Shown here: piece by piece, positions 9,654-18,941 of the stretch
How positions within the stretch are numbered: the first letter of the stretch is position 1
Layout of the letters: every line of letters starts with the position of its first letter
Source of the DNA: Candidatus Eiseniibacteriota bacterium
GTDB lineage: Bacteria > Eisenbacteria > RBG-16-71-46
DNA length: 64,000 nucleotides
Assembly: GCA_041483195.1 (NCBI GenBank)
Contig: JBGPFC010000001.1
Location: forward strand, 128,001-192,000
Direction: 5' to 3'
The notes under the pieces: model-generated
The model's database searches: none
What the model was told of the DNA's origin: nothing
The model's input: the letters and a program-made list of their open reading frames with translations, nothing else
Translations under genes and position numbers: made by a program

Positions 9654-10514
9654 TCACGGTCTGGGCGGCGCGACGTTGAAGCTGTCGCTCCCGGGAATGC
9701 TCACGAATTCCTCGAGCATCACCGCGCGCGGCTTGAGCTCGCCGAGCGCCTGCATGTGATCCTTCATCTTCTCGAGGTGATCCTTCGGTCCCCAGCCGTC
9801 GTGGTCCACGACCAGCGCCTCGAACGGATTGGTCGATGGATAGTCGCGGTGGAAGCCCGCGCCGGTCGAATGCAATTGCACGGTGCCGTGCAGTGGCCAG
9901 TCGCAGAAGATGATGAACCGCGACGACCCGAGCTTCGCGTAGCGGTCCCAGCGCAGCGGCAGGAGGGCGCGCTCGTCGGGCGGCTGCGCCCGCGCGATCA
10001 GGACCGCGATCGGCGCGCGGAGCTCGAGCGTCCCCAGCATCACACCCCCGCCATCGCCGTCCAGCCATTCCGCGAGCGCGGTGCCGACCTTGCGCGGCAG
10101 GCGCCTGGGGCTCGGGGTGGTGCCGCTGACGCGCTCCGCCTCGCCCTGCGGCAGCAGCGGAAAGGCGCGCTCCGCATCGAGCCGGGTGCCGTCGGTGGCG
10201 CGGATCGCGACCAGCAGGTCGTAGCTCGCGTCGTGCGCCTCGATGCGGAACTCCAGGCGCGGAAGCCCGTTCGCGGTGTCCGCGACGAAAGGCCAGAAGT
10301 CGAACTTGCGGCCGAGCACCGCGGCGAGCGTGTCCGCGATCACCCGTTCCTGTCCGACCGGCGACATCCTGGCCAGTCCGGCGTCGCTGAATTCGAAGCG
10401 CACGTACACGGGCGCGCTGTCCTGCGCCCGCGCGACGCACGGCGCGAGCGCGAGCATGGCGATGCACGCCAGCCGGCGGAACCTAGTCGTTCGGTGATTC
10501 CGATTCGGGCTCAT
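9654..10514 (-). CDS. Secreted hypothetical protein
   Basis: Signal-like LACIAMLALAPCVARA-Q. Protein-like composition and tight packing with its neighbours. Confidence 0.65.
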   Translation of the reverse strand: MSPNRNHRTTRFRRLACIAMLALAPCVARAQDSAPVYVRFEFSDAGLARMSPVGQERVIADTLAAVLGRKFDFWPFVADTANGLPRLEFRIEAHDASYDLLVAIRATDGTRLDAERAFPLLPQGEAERVSGTTPSPRRLPRKVGTALAEWLDGDGGGVMLGTLELRAPIAVLIARAQPPDERALLPLRWDRYAKLGSSRFIIFCDWPLHGTVQLHSTGAGFHRDYPSTNPFEALVVDHDGWGPKDHLEKMKDHMQALGELKPRAVMLEEFVSIPGSDSFNVAPPRP

Positions 10515-11493
10515 AAAGTCTCTCCACCTGCGGGAAATCCGTCGCGTTCGTGAGTGGACCGATGATCACGGTCTTATTGACGAGATCGGAGCCGCGCGCC
10601 CCCGCGACGCGGAACGCCACCGTGTCACCCGGCACGAGATCGATGCGGGGGCCGGCCACGCCGCGCGGGTACAACCAGAGCGAGGCGAGCAATCCGCGGC
10701 CGTTGGCCGTGAGCTCGTTGCGCCATTCCTCCTGCAGGCGCATGGGCACCCGCACGTCGGAGTCGCAACCGACCCACACCGAGCCGCCGCGGTAGTCCTC
10801 GAGCCGGAGCTTCCGGCCGTGGACCGTCACCTCGAGGACCAGCGGATTCTCCGCGAGCAATCCGGTCAGCTTGGGGCTCGGCACGAGCAGGAGCACCGGG
10901 CGGATGAACGAGTAGGGAATCTGCAGGCGCATCCGATCGAGCGCATGGAGGGTGAGGATCTGATCGGGCAGTCCCTCCACCTTCACGCGAACGGTGTCGA
11001 CCCCCCACGGACGGGTACGGATCACGTGCCGCGCGCGGGCGTGGGCCTCCACGAACAGCGTGTCGCCGCGCGCCGCGCCGGGAGGCTGGTAGAAGCTCGT
11101 CAGCGACGCGCCGTCCTGGGTCGAATCGATCTCCACGCTCGCCCGGCCGGATGCGAAGAACGCGAGCCACGCCGCGGCCGCGCACACCACGACAGTCGTG
11201 AAGCTTCGATCGAGGATGCCGCGATCGATGAACGCCTGGATCTGGTCGCGCCGCGCCTCGGTCAGGATCCCCGAGACGAACGCGATCCACGAGAACGCGC
11301 CGCCGAGGGCGAGCAGCCCGCCGATCGCGGGGAAATCGTCGGTGTAGGCGAGAATCCACGCGCTGGACGCGACGCCGACCACGACGATCAGCACCAGGTT
11401 CGGGAGGAACGCGTGGTGGATCGGCCGCTGCGAGGAGGGCGGGGCGGCACTCGGCATCTTCGCCGCGGGCGGCGGCTCGTGCTCCGAATCCAA
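10483..11493 (-). CDS. Membrane protein with 3 N-terminal TMs and a beta-rich C-terminal domain
   Basis: TTG start with a strong GAGGAGG RBS and three hydrophobic segments. Confidence 0.65.
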   Translation of the reverse strand: MDSEHEPPPAAKMPSAAPPSSQRPIHHAFLPNLVLIVVVGVASSAWILAYTDDFPAIGGLLALGGAFSWIAFVSGILTEARRDQIQAFIDRGILDRSFTTVVVCAAAAWLAFFASGRASVEIDSTQDGASLTSFYQPPGAARGDTLFVEAHARARHVIRTRPWGVDTVRVKVEGLPDQILTLHALDRMRLQIPYSFIRPVLLLVPSPKLTGLLAENPLVLEVTVHGRKLRLEDYRGGSVWVGCDSDVRVPMRLQEEWRNELTANGRGLLASLWLYPRGVAGPRIDLVPGDTVAFRVAGARGSDLVNKTVIIGPLTNATDFPQVERLYEPESESPND

Positions 11494-11569
11494 TCGCTCC
11501 TCCTCGAGGTGGCCGGCGTTCCCCTCGCGCCTCCGCCTCGGCGGATCGGCGGCGCGCGGGCGTCGTCGG

Positions 11570-12505
11570 CTAGAAGAACGTCTTCACGTACTGGAGCTGC
11601 TTGCTGACGAGCAGCTTCGGATGGTGCGCCCCGACCACCGCCAGCTTGATGTCGCCCCACGCGAGGAAGCCGCCCCAGCGCTCGACGCCCTTGAAGGGAT
11701 TCTCGAGGGCGCCGTCGTGTTCGGACGCCATCGCGGCGCCGAGCGACGCGTAAGCGGGACGGAGCAGGCCCGAGACTCCGCCGGTTCCCCATTTCTCGGA
11801 GAAGAAATAGCGGCGCGCTCCCAGCTCGAGCACCGAAACCCCGACCAGCGACTTGTTCCGGATCGTCGCGTACACCGGGCTGTACGCCGCGACCGGCTCC
11901 CACGGGCCCGGGCCACACGCAGCGCTCGGCCCGAAGCCGGGCACGTGCTGGAACACCCCGAGGTAGAGCGCAGTTTCGGCCCAGTTGAGCGGAACCGAGC
12001 CCTTCCCGAACTTTCGCTGGTAGTGCCGCAGGCGATCGATGCTGGAAGCCAGCGCGGCACGGGTCTGGCCGTCCATCAGACGGTCGAGCGGATCGAGCAG
12101 CGCGTCGAGCCGCGTGTCCTGGTGTTCGCTCACGTACGGCTGAACGTAGCTGCCGAAGAACGTCTGCACCACGAACAGGTCCGAGTCGAGCGCCGATGCC
12201 GCGAACCCTTCCCCGACGTTCGACGTGTTCCAGCGCAACACGGTGGAGAGCCCGGGCCGGGGCAGCGGCCGCGTCAGCCGCTGAATCCGCTCGAGCGAGC
12301 GGTCGAGCGTCCCGCGCGAGCGCACGTAAGCCTGATCGTGCACCAGCGAGTCCGCGAACGCCTCCACCTGCCGCAGCGAATCCACCATTCCCGAGAGCTG
12401 TTCCGCGGTGACGCCGACGCTCTGTCCGCAGGGCGATGCGGCCAGCGCGGAGGCGGGCGAGCCGAGCAGGAGCAGAATGGAAGCCGCGCGGATCAGGCGA
12501 AGCAT
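11570..12505 (-). CDS. Secreted hypothetical protein, C-terminal part possibly beta-barrel-like
   Basis: Signal MLRLIRAASILLLLGSPASALA from ATG 12505. Alternating beta-like segments near the C-terminus, ending in Phe-Phe. Confidence 0.6.
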   Translation of the reverse strand: MLRLIRAASILLLLGSPASALAASPCGQSVGVTAEQLSGMVDSLRQVEAFADSLVHDQAYVRSRGTLDRSLERIQRLTRPLPRPGLSTVLRWNTSNVGEGFAASALDSDLFVVQTFFGSYVQPYVSEHQDTRLDALLDPLDRLMDGQTRAALASSIDRLRHYQRKFGKGSVPLNWAETALYLGVFQHVPGFGPSAACGPGPWEPVAAYSPVYATIRNKSLVGVSVLELGARRYFFSEKWGTGGVSGLLRPAYASLGAAMASEHDGALENPFKGVERWGGFLAWGDIKLAVVGAHHPKLLVSKQLQYVKTFF

Positions 12506-13485
12506 TGGCGGACCACGTCGGGGTTCTTCGAGACGTACCGCGTCCACGAATGCGGATTCTGGAGCGGGATCTTCGGGCCCGATGCGCCGACCAGCGATGA
12601 CTTGAGGACCCTGGTCAGCTCGTCCGGCGCCTTCGCGAACGGCAGGTCGGTCTGAGGATCGATGATCGGAGTGAATCCCTCGGGCCGCGGCTGGATGTCC
12701 ATGTAGGCCCAGCCCAGTTGCTTGCCCAGCAGGTAACCGCCAACCGGGTCGTACGCGCCCGTCACCGAGATCCAATTGCGAACGCTTCTCACGAACCGCT
12801 GCGACATGTCGGGCTGGCCGGGCATCGAGAGCGGACGCAGCGTCGCCATCTCGTCCGGATCGGGGATGAACGGCCGCACCGGCGCGCTGAGGGCCACCGA
12901 CTGGTAGAGCTGAACCGGCGAGGCGAACATGACCACGTTGGCGAACCGCACCCAGTCGGTCACCGGGCGCAACTTGTAATCCGGCACCTCGGCCGCGGCA
13001 TGGATGGCCTCGTAGGTGTGAATGCACCCGAGGCTGTGGCAGATGATCGTGATTTGCTGATGCCAGCGCGGAATGCCGGAGGCGCGGCCATCGATCACGA
13101 CCTGCTGAATCTGGGCGATCAGATTGTCGCGGATCGCGAGCCGCGCGTCGCGGACCAGGGCGGGCCATAGCACGTCGGCGGCGCCTTCGCTGAACGCATC
13201 GGCGATCCCGCCGGAATTTCCCGAAGCGCCCAGCCGGTCGCTCACCGCCTTCGAGATCGCCTGCACACCGGCCTTGAGCTGCGTCTTCTCGACGAACCAG
13301 TCGTTGATCCCGTCGTAGAAGACCGGGTACACCGCGATGCTGTGCCAGAGCTCGGGTCCCAGCACCTCGGCGAGGCTCTGCAACAGGTCGTCGTAGTCAC
13401 CCGGGTGATAGTCGCCAACGCCGTGCACCAGCATCAGCGCGCGCGGGCTCGACCAGTGCTGGCTCAGGGGCTTGAGAGGGTCCAC
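12493..13485 (-). CDS. Alpha/beta-hydrolase fold protein (lipase-like)
   Basis: LVHGVG oxyanion-like motif, CHSLG nucleophile elbow, MFASP, YDPVG and a C-terminal NPHSW-Y. No signal peptide. Confidence 0.7.
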   Translation of the reverse strand: MDPLKPLSQHWSSPRALMLVHGVGDYHPGDYDDLLQSLAEVLGPELWHSIAVYPVFYDGINDWFVEKTQLKAGVQAISKAVSDRLGASGNSGGIADAFSEGAADVLWPALVRDARLAIRDNLIAQIQQVVIDGRASGIPRWHQQITIICHSLGCIHTYEAIHAAAEVPDYKLRPVTDWVRFANVVMFASPVQLYQSVALSAPVRPFIPDPDEMATLRPLSMPGQPDMSQRFVRSVRNWISVTGAYDPVGGYLLGKQLGWAYMDIQPRPEGFTPIIDPQTDLPFAKAPDELTRVLKSSLVGASGPKIPLQNPHSWTRYVSKNPDVVRQCFA

Positions 13486-13557
13486 GGCTTCATCTCCGAT
13501 CGGGCGATTGCGGCGTGGCGCGAGGCGGGGACAGGGTCGGACGATTCGGGACGCGCC

Positions 13558-14538
13558 TCATCCGCCGGGAGGCGCGCCGCCCGCCGCCGGCGCGGCGGCC
13601 GGGCTCTTCGGACGCGCGGCCGGCTGCGGCCCGGAGCTGCGCAGATTGATGAAGCGGACGAGCACGTCGAACCAGAACTGAGCGCCCAGCGAGACGGCGA
13701 ACGCCGTGATCAGGATCCCGATCAGCGCGCTCAGCCACCCGCCGAAGCCGCTCGGCGGCGGAGACCATCCCAGCGGAAGGCCCAGCTGCTCGACGCTCGA
13801 GATCGCGTTGATGACGTGGTGGAGCGCGGCAGAGTCCGCGACCGCGACCACCGCGGTATCCGCCCCACCCGCGCGTCCCGAGTCCGCCTCACCGGCAGCC
13901 CTCCTGTGCACTCCGGCCGGCGGGTGCTCGACGGCGTTCTTCCCGTAGGCGACCAGCGCCTCGCGCATCGCCTGATTCTGCGCGAGCACGTGAGCGAGTC
14001 GGATGGTGTCTGCATTCGCGAGCAGGCTCACCACGAGGGCGAGCACGATCGTGGTGACCTGCGCGCTGCGCTTGTATGCGCCGGAGACGCGGTTCATCGA
14101 CGACTCGAACCACGCCTCGATCTCGTGGTGGAGCTTCTCGACGTCGCCCCCCGCTCGATCCATGAGCAGGGTGAGCGCGCGCCGGGCGCGTGAGCCCTCC
14201 GGCAATCTGGCGATGCTCTCGCCGAGCTGGGCGCCGGAGCGCGTCCAGTCGGCGGCGGCCGGCGCGATCACGTCGAGCAGCGCGACGGCGAACGTGGATG
14301 CGGGGATGTAGGACGGCGTGCGCTTCCCGTCTCCGAGGGACTCCACCAGCGAGTGCGCGAAGAACCGCCTCTGCAGGTCCTCGTCGCCGAGGAGTCGGCC
14401 GATGCCGGCCGCGAGATGGCGGCCGCGCCCGTTCATCAGACCGGCCAGCAGTTCGTTCGCGGCGGAGCAGACGATGCTGAACAGCAGGTAGACGACGACG
14501 AGTCCGATTGCGACATCGAGCAGCCCGAGTGCCGACAT
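13558..14538 (-). CDS. Conserved hypothetical multi-pass membrane protein
   Basis: LLDVAIGLVVVYLLFSIVCS, PSYIP, WFESSMNRVSGAYKR, LPLGW and SLGAQFWFDVL motifs, a recognisable uncharacterised family. Confidence 0.8.
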   Translation of the reverse strand: MSALGLLDVAIGLVVVYLLFSIVCSAANELLAGLMNGRGRHLAAGIGRLLGDEDLQRRFFAHSLVESLGDGKRTPSYIPASTFAVALLDVIAPAAADWTRSGAQLGESIARLPEGSRARRALTLLMDRAGGDVEKLHHEIEAWFESSMNRVSGAYKRSAQVTTIVLALVVSLLANADTIRLAHVLAQNQAMREALVAYGKNAVEHPPAGVHRRAAGEADSGRAGGADTAVVAVADSAALHHVINAISSVEQLGLPLGWSPPPSGFGGWLSALIGILITAFAVSLGAQFWFDVLVRFINLRSSGPQPAARPKSPAAAPAAGGAPPGG

Positions 14539-14825
14539 ACGTGCGACCCTCCTTCAACGTGCCGGAGCGGACCGGCATCTTCATACGCGAGCCCCGCGCG
14601 TCCGCGCCGGAACGCTATTCGGGCAGCCGGGGAGGTTCAAGATATTTCTTCCGCCATCCTTGACCACACGCGGACCGCGCGCCCGGCGCGCCTGCGTCGC
14701 GATGGCGATGCCACACGGCCTCGCTGCGTTTTAGCCATCCGTCGTGCGCCACACGTGTTGTGGATCGCTCGGATTATCACCCACCCCCCTCACTACTCAT
14801 CAGGTTGGCCGTGCGATGCCCCCAC

Positions 14826-14841
14826 TGGCCCATCCCTTGCG
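14826..14841 (+). promoter_or_regulatory. Putative sigma-54 promoter for the large envelope operon
   Basis: TGGCCCATCCCTTGCG has GG at 14827-28 and GC at 14839-40, matching TGGC-N7-TTGC. It lies in the intergenic gap ~130 nt upstream of the first gene. Confidence 0.6.
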
Positions 14842-14971
14842 TTGAACTGCCGCGCCATCCCAGCGCAAGGGGGGCAAGACGCTGCTGTTTCCATCGCAAA
14901 CGACGACGAGGCGGAGTGTTAGCCGTGATATCGCGGCGCTCCAGCCCGCGGAGCGAATTGCACGATGCATT

Positions 14972-15457
14972 GTGCGGTCCGCATCACCCAGAGGATTCAC
15001 GCACGTGCCCTCGAACGGAGCGAATCGCCTGAGGTCGGCCGCCGTGGCCATGACCTTGCTCGCGCTGCCGGGAGTCGTGCAGGGCTGCATCAAGCCCATG
15101 TCGCCGTCGCCCCCCCCGAGCGGCGGACAGACGCTGGTGCTCAGCTTCACCGCGTTCGAGCAGACGGTCGAACCGATCCTCGTGCGCCAGGGATGTGACG
15201 CGGGCGGCGATTGTCATGGCGGCGGAATCCGCGGCGCGTTGCAGCTTTCGCCGGCGGGAGCCAAGGACGCGCGCTACGACTACGACCAGGTCGTGCTCGA
15301 GGTCTCGCCCACCGTTCGCGACGCCAGCCCGATCCTGACCAAGCCGCTCGCGATCGCGGCGGGTGGCGTCGCCCACAGCTTCAAGCCGTTCGCATCGACC
15401 GCCGACAGCGACTACGTGGCGATTCACCAGTGGGTCCTGAGCGGGGTGCTCCAATGA
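14972..15457 (+). CDS. Lipoprotein with a planctomycete-type cytochrome c-like domain
   Basis: Lipobox VVQG-C and the segment FEQTVEPILVRQGCDAGGDCHG (CX5CH). Start uncertain (14972 GTG or later). Confidence 0.65.
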   Translation: MRSASPRGFTHVPSNGANRLRSAAVAMTLLALPGVVQGCIKPMSPSPPPSGGQTLVLSFTAFEQTVEPILVRQGCDAGGDCHGGGIRGALQLSPAGAKDARYDYDQVVLEVSPTVRDASPILTKPLAIAAGGVAHSFKPFASTADSDYVAIHQWVLSGVLQ

Positions 15458-16128
15458 GGCCACTCCCCGCGCGCGTGTCGGGATCGCTGGTCTCGGTCGC
15501 GCTGCTGTGCGCGCTGTCCGGTCGCGCGGCCGCCTCGGATGAGGCTGCACCCGCCGCGAGCGACAGCCTCACGCGGCAGGAGATTCCGTCGGACGCCGCG
15601 GTGCGGCGCGAGGGCCTCGAGCCGCTGGTTCCCGAGCTCGCGGGAAGCCCCTACCGCATCGAGCCGGGGCCCCGCGCGTTCGAGCACCGGCTCTCGGTGA
15701 GTCCCGGCTACGGCTTCTTCGGCCGAGACCGCCTCTTCACGCTGCGGGTCGCGTACAACCCGGACGCGTGGCTCGGCTACGAGGCGGCGATCGGACACGA
15801 TCCCGGCCACTCGGCGCACGCGGTGCTCCACACCCTGAGCGCGATCGTGCGCCGGCCCCTGATCGGGCGCGTGCAGCCGTACCTGAACGCCGGCTACGGA
15901 ATGATCGTCGTCTTCCCCGGCCAGGCCGTGAACGCCATCTCGGTCACGAAGAACGCCGTGGCGCTGGGCGGCGGCACCGAGTTTTACATCCGAAGCGACC
16001 TGGCGTTGCGCGCCGATCTGCGCCACACCAGCGTGTTCGGGAAGCAAAGGGACCGCGATGGAATCGTCGTCTACGACTATCTCCAGGGAACGATTGGGCT
16101 CGCGTTTTATCGCTCGATCCGGCCGTGA
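15454..16128 (+). CDS. Outer-membrane beta-barrel protein (OmpA-like 8-strand)
   Basis: ATGA overlap with the upstream gene and a signal peptide. Amphipathic strands VQPYLNAGYG, ALGGGTEFYI, LALRADLR and GTIGLAFY. Confidence 0.8.
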   Translation: MRPLPARVSGSLVSVALLCALSGRAAASDEAAPAASDSLTRQEIPSDAAVRREGLEPLVPELAGSPYRIEPGPRAFEHRLSVSPGYGFFGRDRLFTLRVAYNPDAWLGYEAAIGHDPGHSAHAVLHTLSAIVRRPLIGRVQPYLNAGYGMIVVFPGQAVNAISVTKNAVALGGGTEFYIRSDLALRADLRHTSVFGKQRDRDGIVVYDYLQGTIGLAFYRSIRP

Positions 16129-16162
16129 CCGGCGGATCCCCGCGGGAGGACTACACACCATC

Positions 16163-18121
16163 ATGCTGAAACGACCCATGCACCTCGCGCCGGCGCGGCT
16201 CGCCGCCCTGCTTGCTCCGGCACTGCTGTTCGCGATCGGAGTCACGGGCTGCCGCGACAACGCTCCCGACGATCTCATCCAGCAGGAGACCACGACCGAA
16301 GCGCTGGTGTTCGTGAAGTCGAGCGCGGTCGAGACGCTCAACCGCACCTGGGCGCCCAGCAACCTGTACCGGCTCTCGCCGATCTCGCCGGACGGCGTGG
16401 TCACGCCGATCACGAACTTCACGGGCGCCAGCATCTCGGACCCGTGCGTTTCGTTCGACGGCACCAAGATCCTGTTCTCGATGCGCCCCTCGGGCGGCGC
16501 CTGGAAGAACATCTACGAGATCGACGCCGACGGCACCGGGCTGCGGCAGGTCACGAGCGGCGGCGGGCACGACTTCGATCCGCTCTACCTCCCCAACGGC
16601 CAGATCATGTTCACCAGCTCGCGTGACGGGGAGATGGACGAATACAACCACGCGCTCGCCGAGCACCTCTACGTGTGCGACGCGGACGGCGGCAACCTGG
16701 AACGCGCCAGCTACAACCAGAGCGACGACTTCGATCCGGAGCTGCTCCCCAACGGCCGGGTCATGTACACGCGCTGGGAGCACTTCGGAACGTTCAATCG
16801 CTTCCCGCTGTTCGTGACCAACCCGGACGGCACCGGGACGTTCCACCTGTACGGCCCTCACGACCGCAACTTCTTCCATCCGACGCCGACCCCGGATGGC
16901 CGCCTGGTCGCGATCGAATCCTCGATGATCCTCGGCGACTCGGGTCCGCTCGCGGTGCTCAAGACCGAGGCGGGGCCGGCCGACCCGCTGATCGGCACCC
17001 GCGCAAGCCACTACAACGTGCTCACGCCGCAGGTCAACACCGACGGCGAGCCCTGGCCGTACGGCGCGTTCAAGTACCCGCGTTCGATCGGCGGCAACCG
17101 GTTCGTCGCGTCCTACACGCTGCCGGCCGCCACCGAGGGCGAGGTGGACTACGGCCTCTACACGTTCACGCTCGATCAGAGCGGCGCCGGCACGCCGAGC
17201 GACCCGGCGACCTTCTCGGTCCACGACATCACGTTCCTCTACAACGATCCGACCACCAACGAATACGACGCGCAGCTGATCGCGCCGCACGCGAAGCCTC
17301 CGGTGATTCCGTCCACCATCGACCGCGGCGTGAACTACGGCGTGTTCCTGGGGCAGGACGTGTTCAACCGCGGCACCAACGACGGCCAGGAGATTCCGCG
17401 GCGCGGCATCGATCCGATCGACAGCATCGCGGTGATCGCGGCGCGGCCGACGCTGCAGGGCGAGCCCAACGACTTCTCGGGGAACGAATTCGAGAAGCGC
17501 GCGCTGATCGGGATGGCGCCGGTCTACTCCGACGGGTCGTTCCGCATCAAGGTGCCCGCGAACACGCCGATCAGCTTCGCGACGCTCGATCAGAACGGCC
17601 GCGGGTTCGTCGTGAAGCGCACCCACCTCTACGTGCGGCCCGGCGAGGAATTCGACAAGTGCGTCGGCTGTCACGAGGACCGCAGGGCGGGCGGGCCGGT
17701 TCCGACGAACCTTTCGCCGATGGCGGCGCTGTATCCGGCGCACGACCTGAACATCCCGAGCCAGAATTTCACGATCATCAACTTCGAGCAGACGATCGGT
17801 CCGATCGTCTCCGCGAAGTGCGCCTCGTGCCACAGCGGGCAGCCCCCGGCGGGCGGGCTCGACCTGACCAGCGTGCCCGACACCACCACGATGAATCGCG
17901 TGTTCCCGCGCGCCTACGTCAACCTGTCCGGCGAGTCCATGAAGCTGGCGAGCCAGGAGGTCGACCCGGCCTTCCCGCGCCGGTCGCGGCTCATCGACTA
18001 CGTGATGGGCCTCGGCTCCAGGGCGGGCCAGGGCTTCCACACCACCGGAGTGGATTCGCTCACGGCCGTCGAGCGCCGCGAGTTCAACCTCTGGGTCCTG
18101 CTCGGAGCGCAGTACAAGTGA
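16163..18121 (+). CDS. HzsA-related lipoprotein: TolB/PD40 beta-propeller, hydrazine synthase alpha middle domain and two c-heme motifs
   Basis: Lipobox GVTG-C. PD40-like repeats (DPCVSFDGTKILFS, DFDPLYLPNGQIMFTSSR, GRVMYTRWE), then GMAPVYSDGSFRIKVPANTPISFATLDQNGRG...RPGEEFDKCVGCHE and a second KCASCH. Confidence 0.85.
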   Translation: MLKRPMHLAPARLAALLAPALLFAIGVTGCRDNAPDDLIQQETTTEALVFVKSSAVETLNRTWAPSNLYRLSPISPDGVVTPITNFTGASISDPCVSFDGTKILFSMRPSGGAWKNIYEIDADGTGLRQVTSGGGHDFDPLYLPNGQIMFTSSRDGEMDEYNHALAEHLYVCDADGGNLERASYNQSDDFDPELLPNGRVMYTRWEHFGTFNRFPLFVTNPDGTGTFHLYGPHDRNFFHPTPTPDGRLVAIESSMILGDSGPLAVLKTEAGPADPLIGTRASHYNVLTPQVNTDGEPWPYGAFKYPRSIGGNRFVASYTLPAATEGEVDYGLYTFTLDQSGAGTPSDPATFSVHDITFLYNDPTTNEYDAQLIAPHAKPPVIPSTIDRGVNYGVFLGQDVFNRGTNDGQEIPRRGIDPIDSIAVIAARPTLQGEPNDFSGNEFEKRALIGMAPVYSDGSFRIKVPANTPISFATLDQNGRGFVVKRTHLYVRPGEEFDKCVGCHEDRRAGGPVPTNLSPMAALYPAHDLNIPSQNFTIINFEQTIGPIVSAKCASCHSGQPPAGGLDLTSVPDTTTMNRVFPRAYVNLSGESMKLASQEVDPAFPRRSRLIDYVMGLGSRAGQGFHTTGVDSLTAVERREFNLWVLLGAQYK

Positions 18122-18702
18122 GCGCGACCCGGAGCCTGCCGGCGCTGCTGCTGGGCGCCGCCGCGATCTGCGCGACGCTCGCTTCCGCCGCCCCCGCCCG
18201 TGCCGCGCGGGTGGACGGCGTCGGCGCCGATGCCGGGCAGGTGCGCACCATCCTGCGCCATCGCGCGCTCCACACGCTCGATGGGCGCGACGTCTCGCTC
18301 GCGACGCTCTCGGGCGAGGTGGTCGTGCTCAACTTCTGGGCGAGCTGGTGTGCGCCGTGCCGGAACGAGCTGCCGAGACTCGACGCGTTGAACGCCGAGA
18401 TCTCGAAGCAGGGCGGCCGGGTGATCGCGGTCTCGATCGACATCGAGCGGCGGAACGTGGAGCGCTTCGCGCGCCGCCTCGCGCTGCGCCTGCCGGTCGT
18501 GCACGACGGCCCGGACGGGCTCGCGCGCGAGCTCGATCTTCGCCACGTCCCGTTCACCGTGGTGCTGGACCGCAACGGGGAGGTGGCGTTCACCACCAGC
18601 CGGTCGGATCAGGCCGGGCTCGATGCGCTGGTCGCGTCCGCGCGCCAGCTGGTCTCGAGCCGGCCGGTGATCGCCGAGACTTCGGAAGGGAACAAGCCAT
18701 GA
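18118..18702 (+). CDS. TlpA/ResA-family thiol-disulfide oxidoreductase
   Basis: GTGA overlap, signal peptide, VVLNFWASWCAPCRNELP and VPFTVVLDRNG. Confidence 0.92.
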   Translation: MSATRSLPALLLGAAAICATLASAAPARAARVDGVGADAGQVRTILRHRALHTLDGRDVSLATLSGEVVVLNFWASWCAPCRNELPRLDALNAEISKQGGRVIAVSIDIERRNVERFARRLALRLPVVHDGPDGLARELDLRHVPFTVVLDRNGEVAFTTSRSDQAGLDALVASARQLVSSRPVIAETSEGNKP

Positions 18703-18941
18703 CGGCACGCAAGCGGGCGCGCGGCGCCCGGCTCCTGATCGCGCTCCCCGCGCTGGCGGCGCTGCTGATGCTCGGCACCGGCTGCGCGGCCCAGGTGTAT
18801 CGGCGCGAGCATCTCGTCGATCGGATCATGTCGTTCGACGCCGACGCGAAGGAGAACGCGCGCAAGATGAAGGCGTTCGAGGCGCGCGAGGGCTCCACCG
18901 GCGGCACCGGCGGCGCCGGCGGAGGATGCGCGTGCAAGTGA
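18699..18941 (+). CDS. DUF4266-family small lipoprotein
   Basis: Lipobox LGTG-C and C-terminal REGSTGGTGGAGGGCACK. Sits between TlpA and DUF3570. Confidence 0.88.
   Translation: MTARKRARGARLLIALPALAALLMLGTGCAAQVYRREHLVDRIMSFDADAKENARKMKAFEAREGSTGGTGGAGGGCACK

Noticed and set aside
9646..10467. N-terminal extension of the 858-aa ORF 7891..10467
   Set aside because: Arg-rich shadow frame overlapping the real gene 9654..10514. The signal peptide starts at ATG 9645.
16163..18121. Anammox hydrazine synthase
   Set aside because: No hzsB/hzsC or hydrazine dehydrogenase in the window. HzsA-like domains are widespread outside anammox bacteria.
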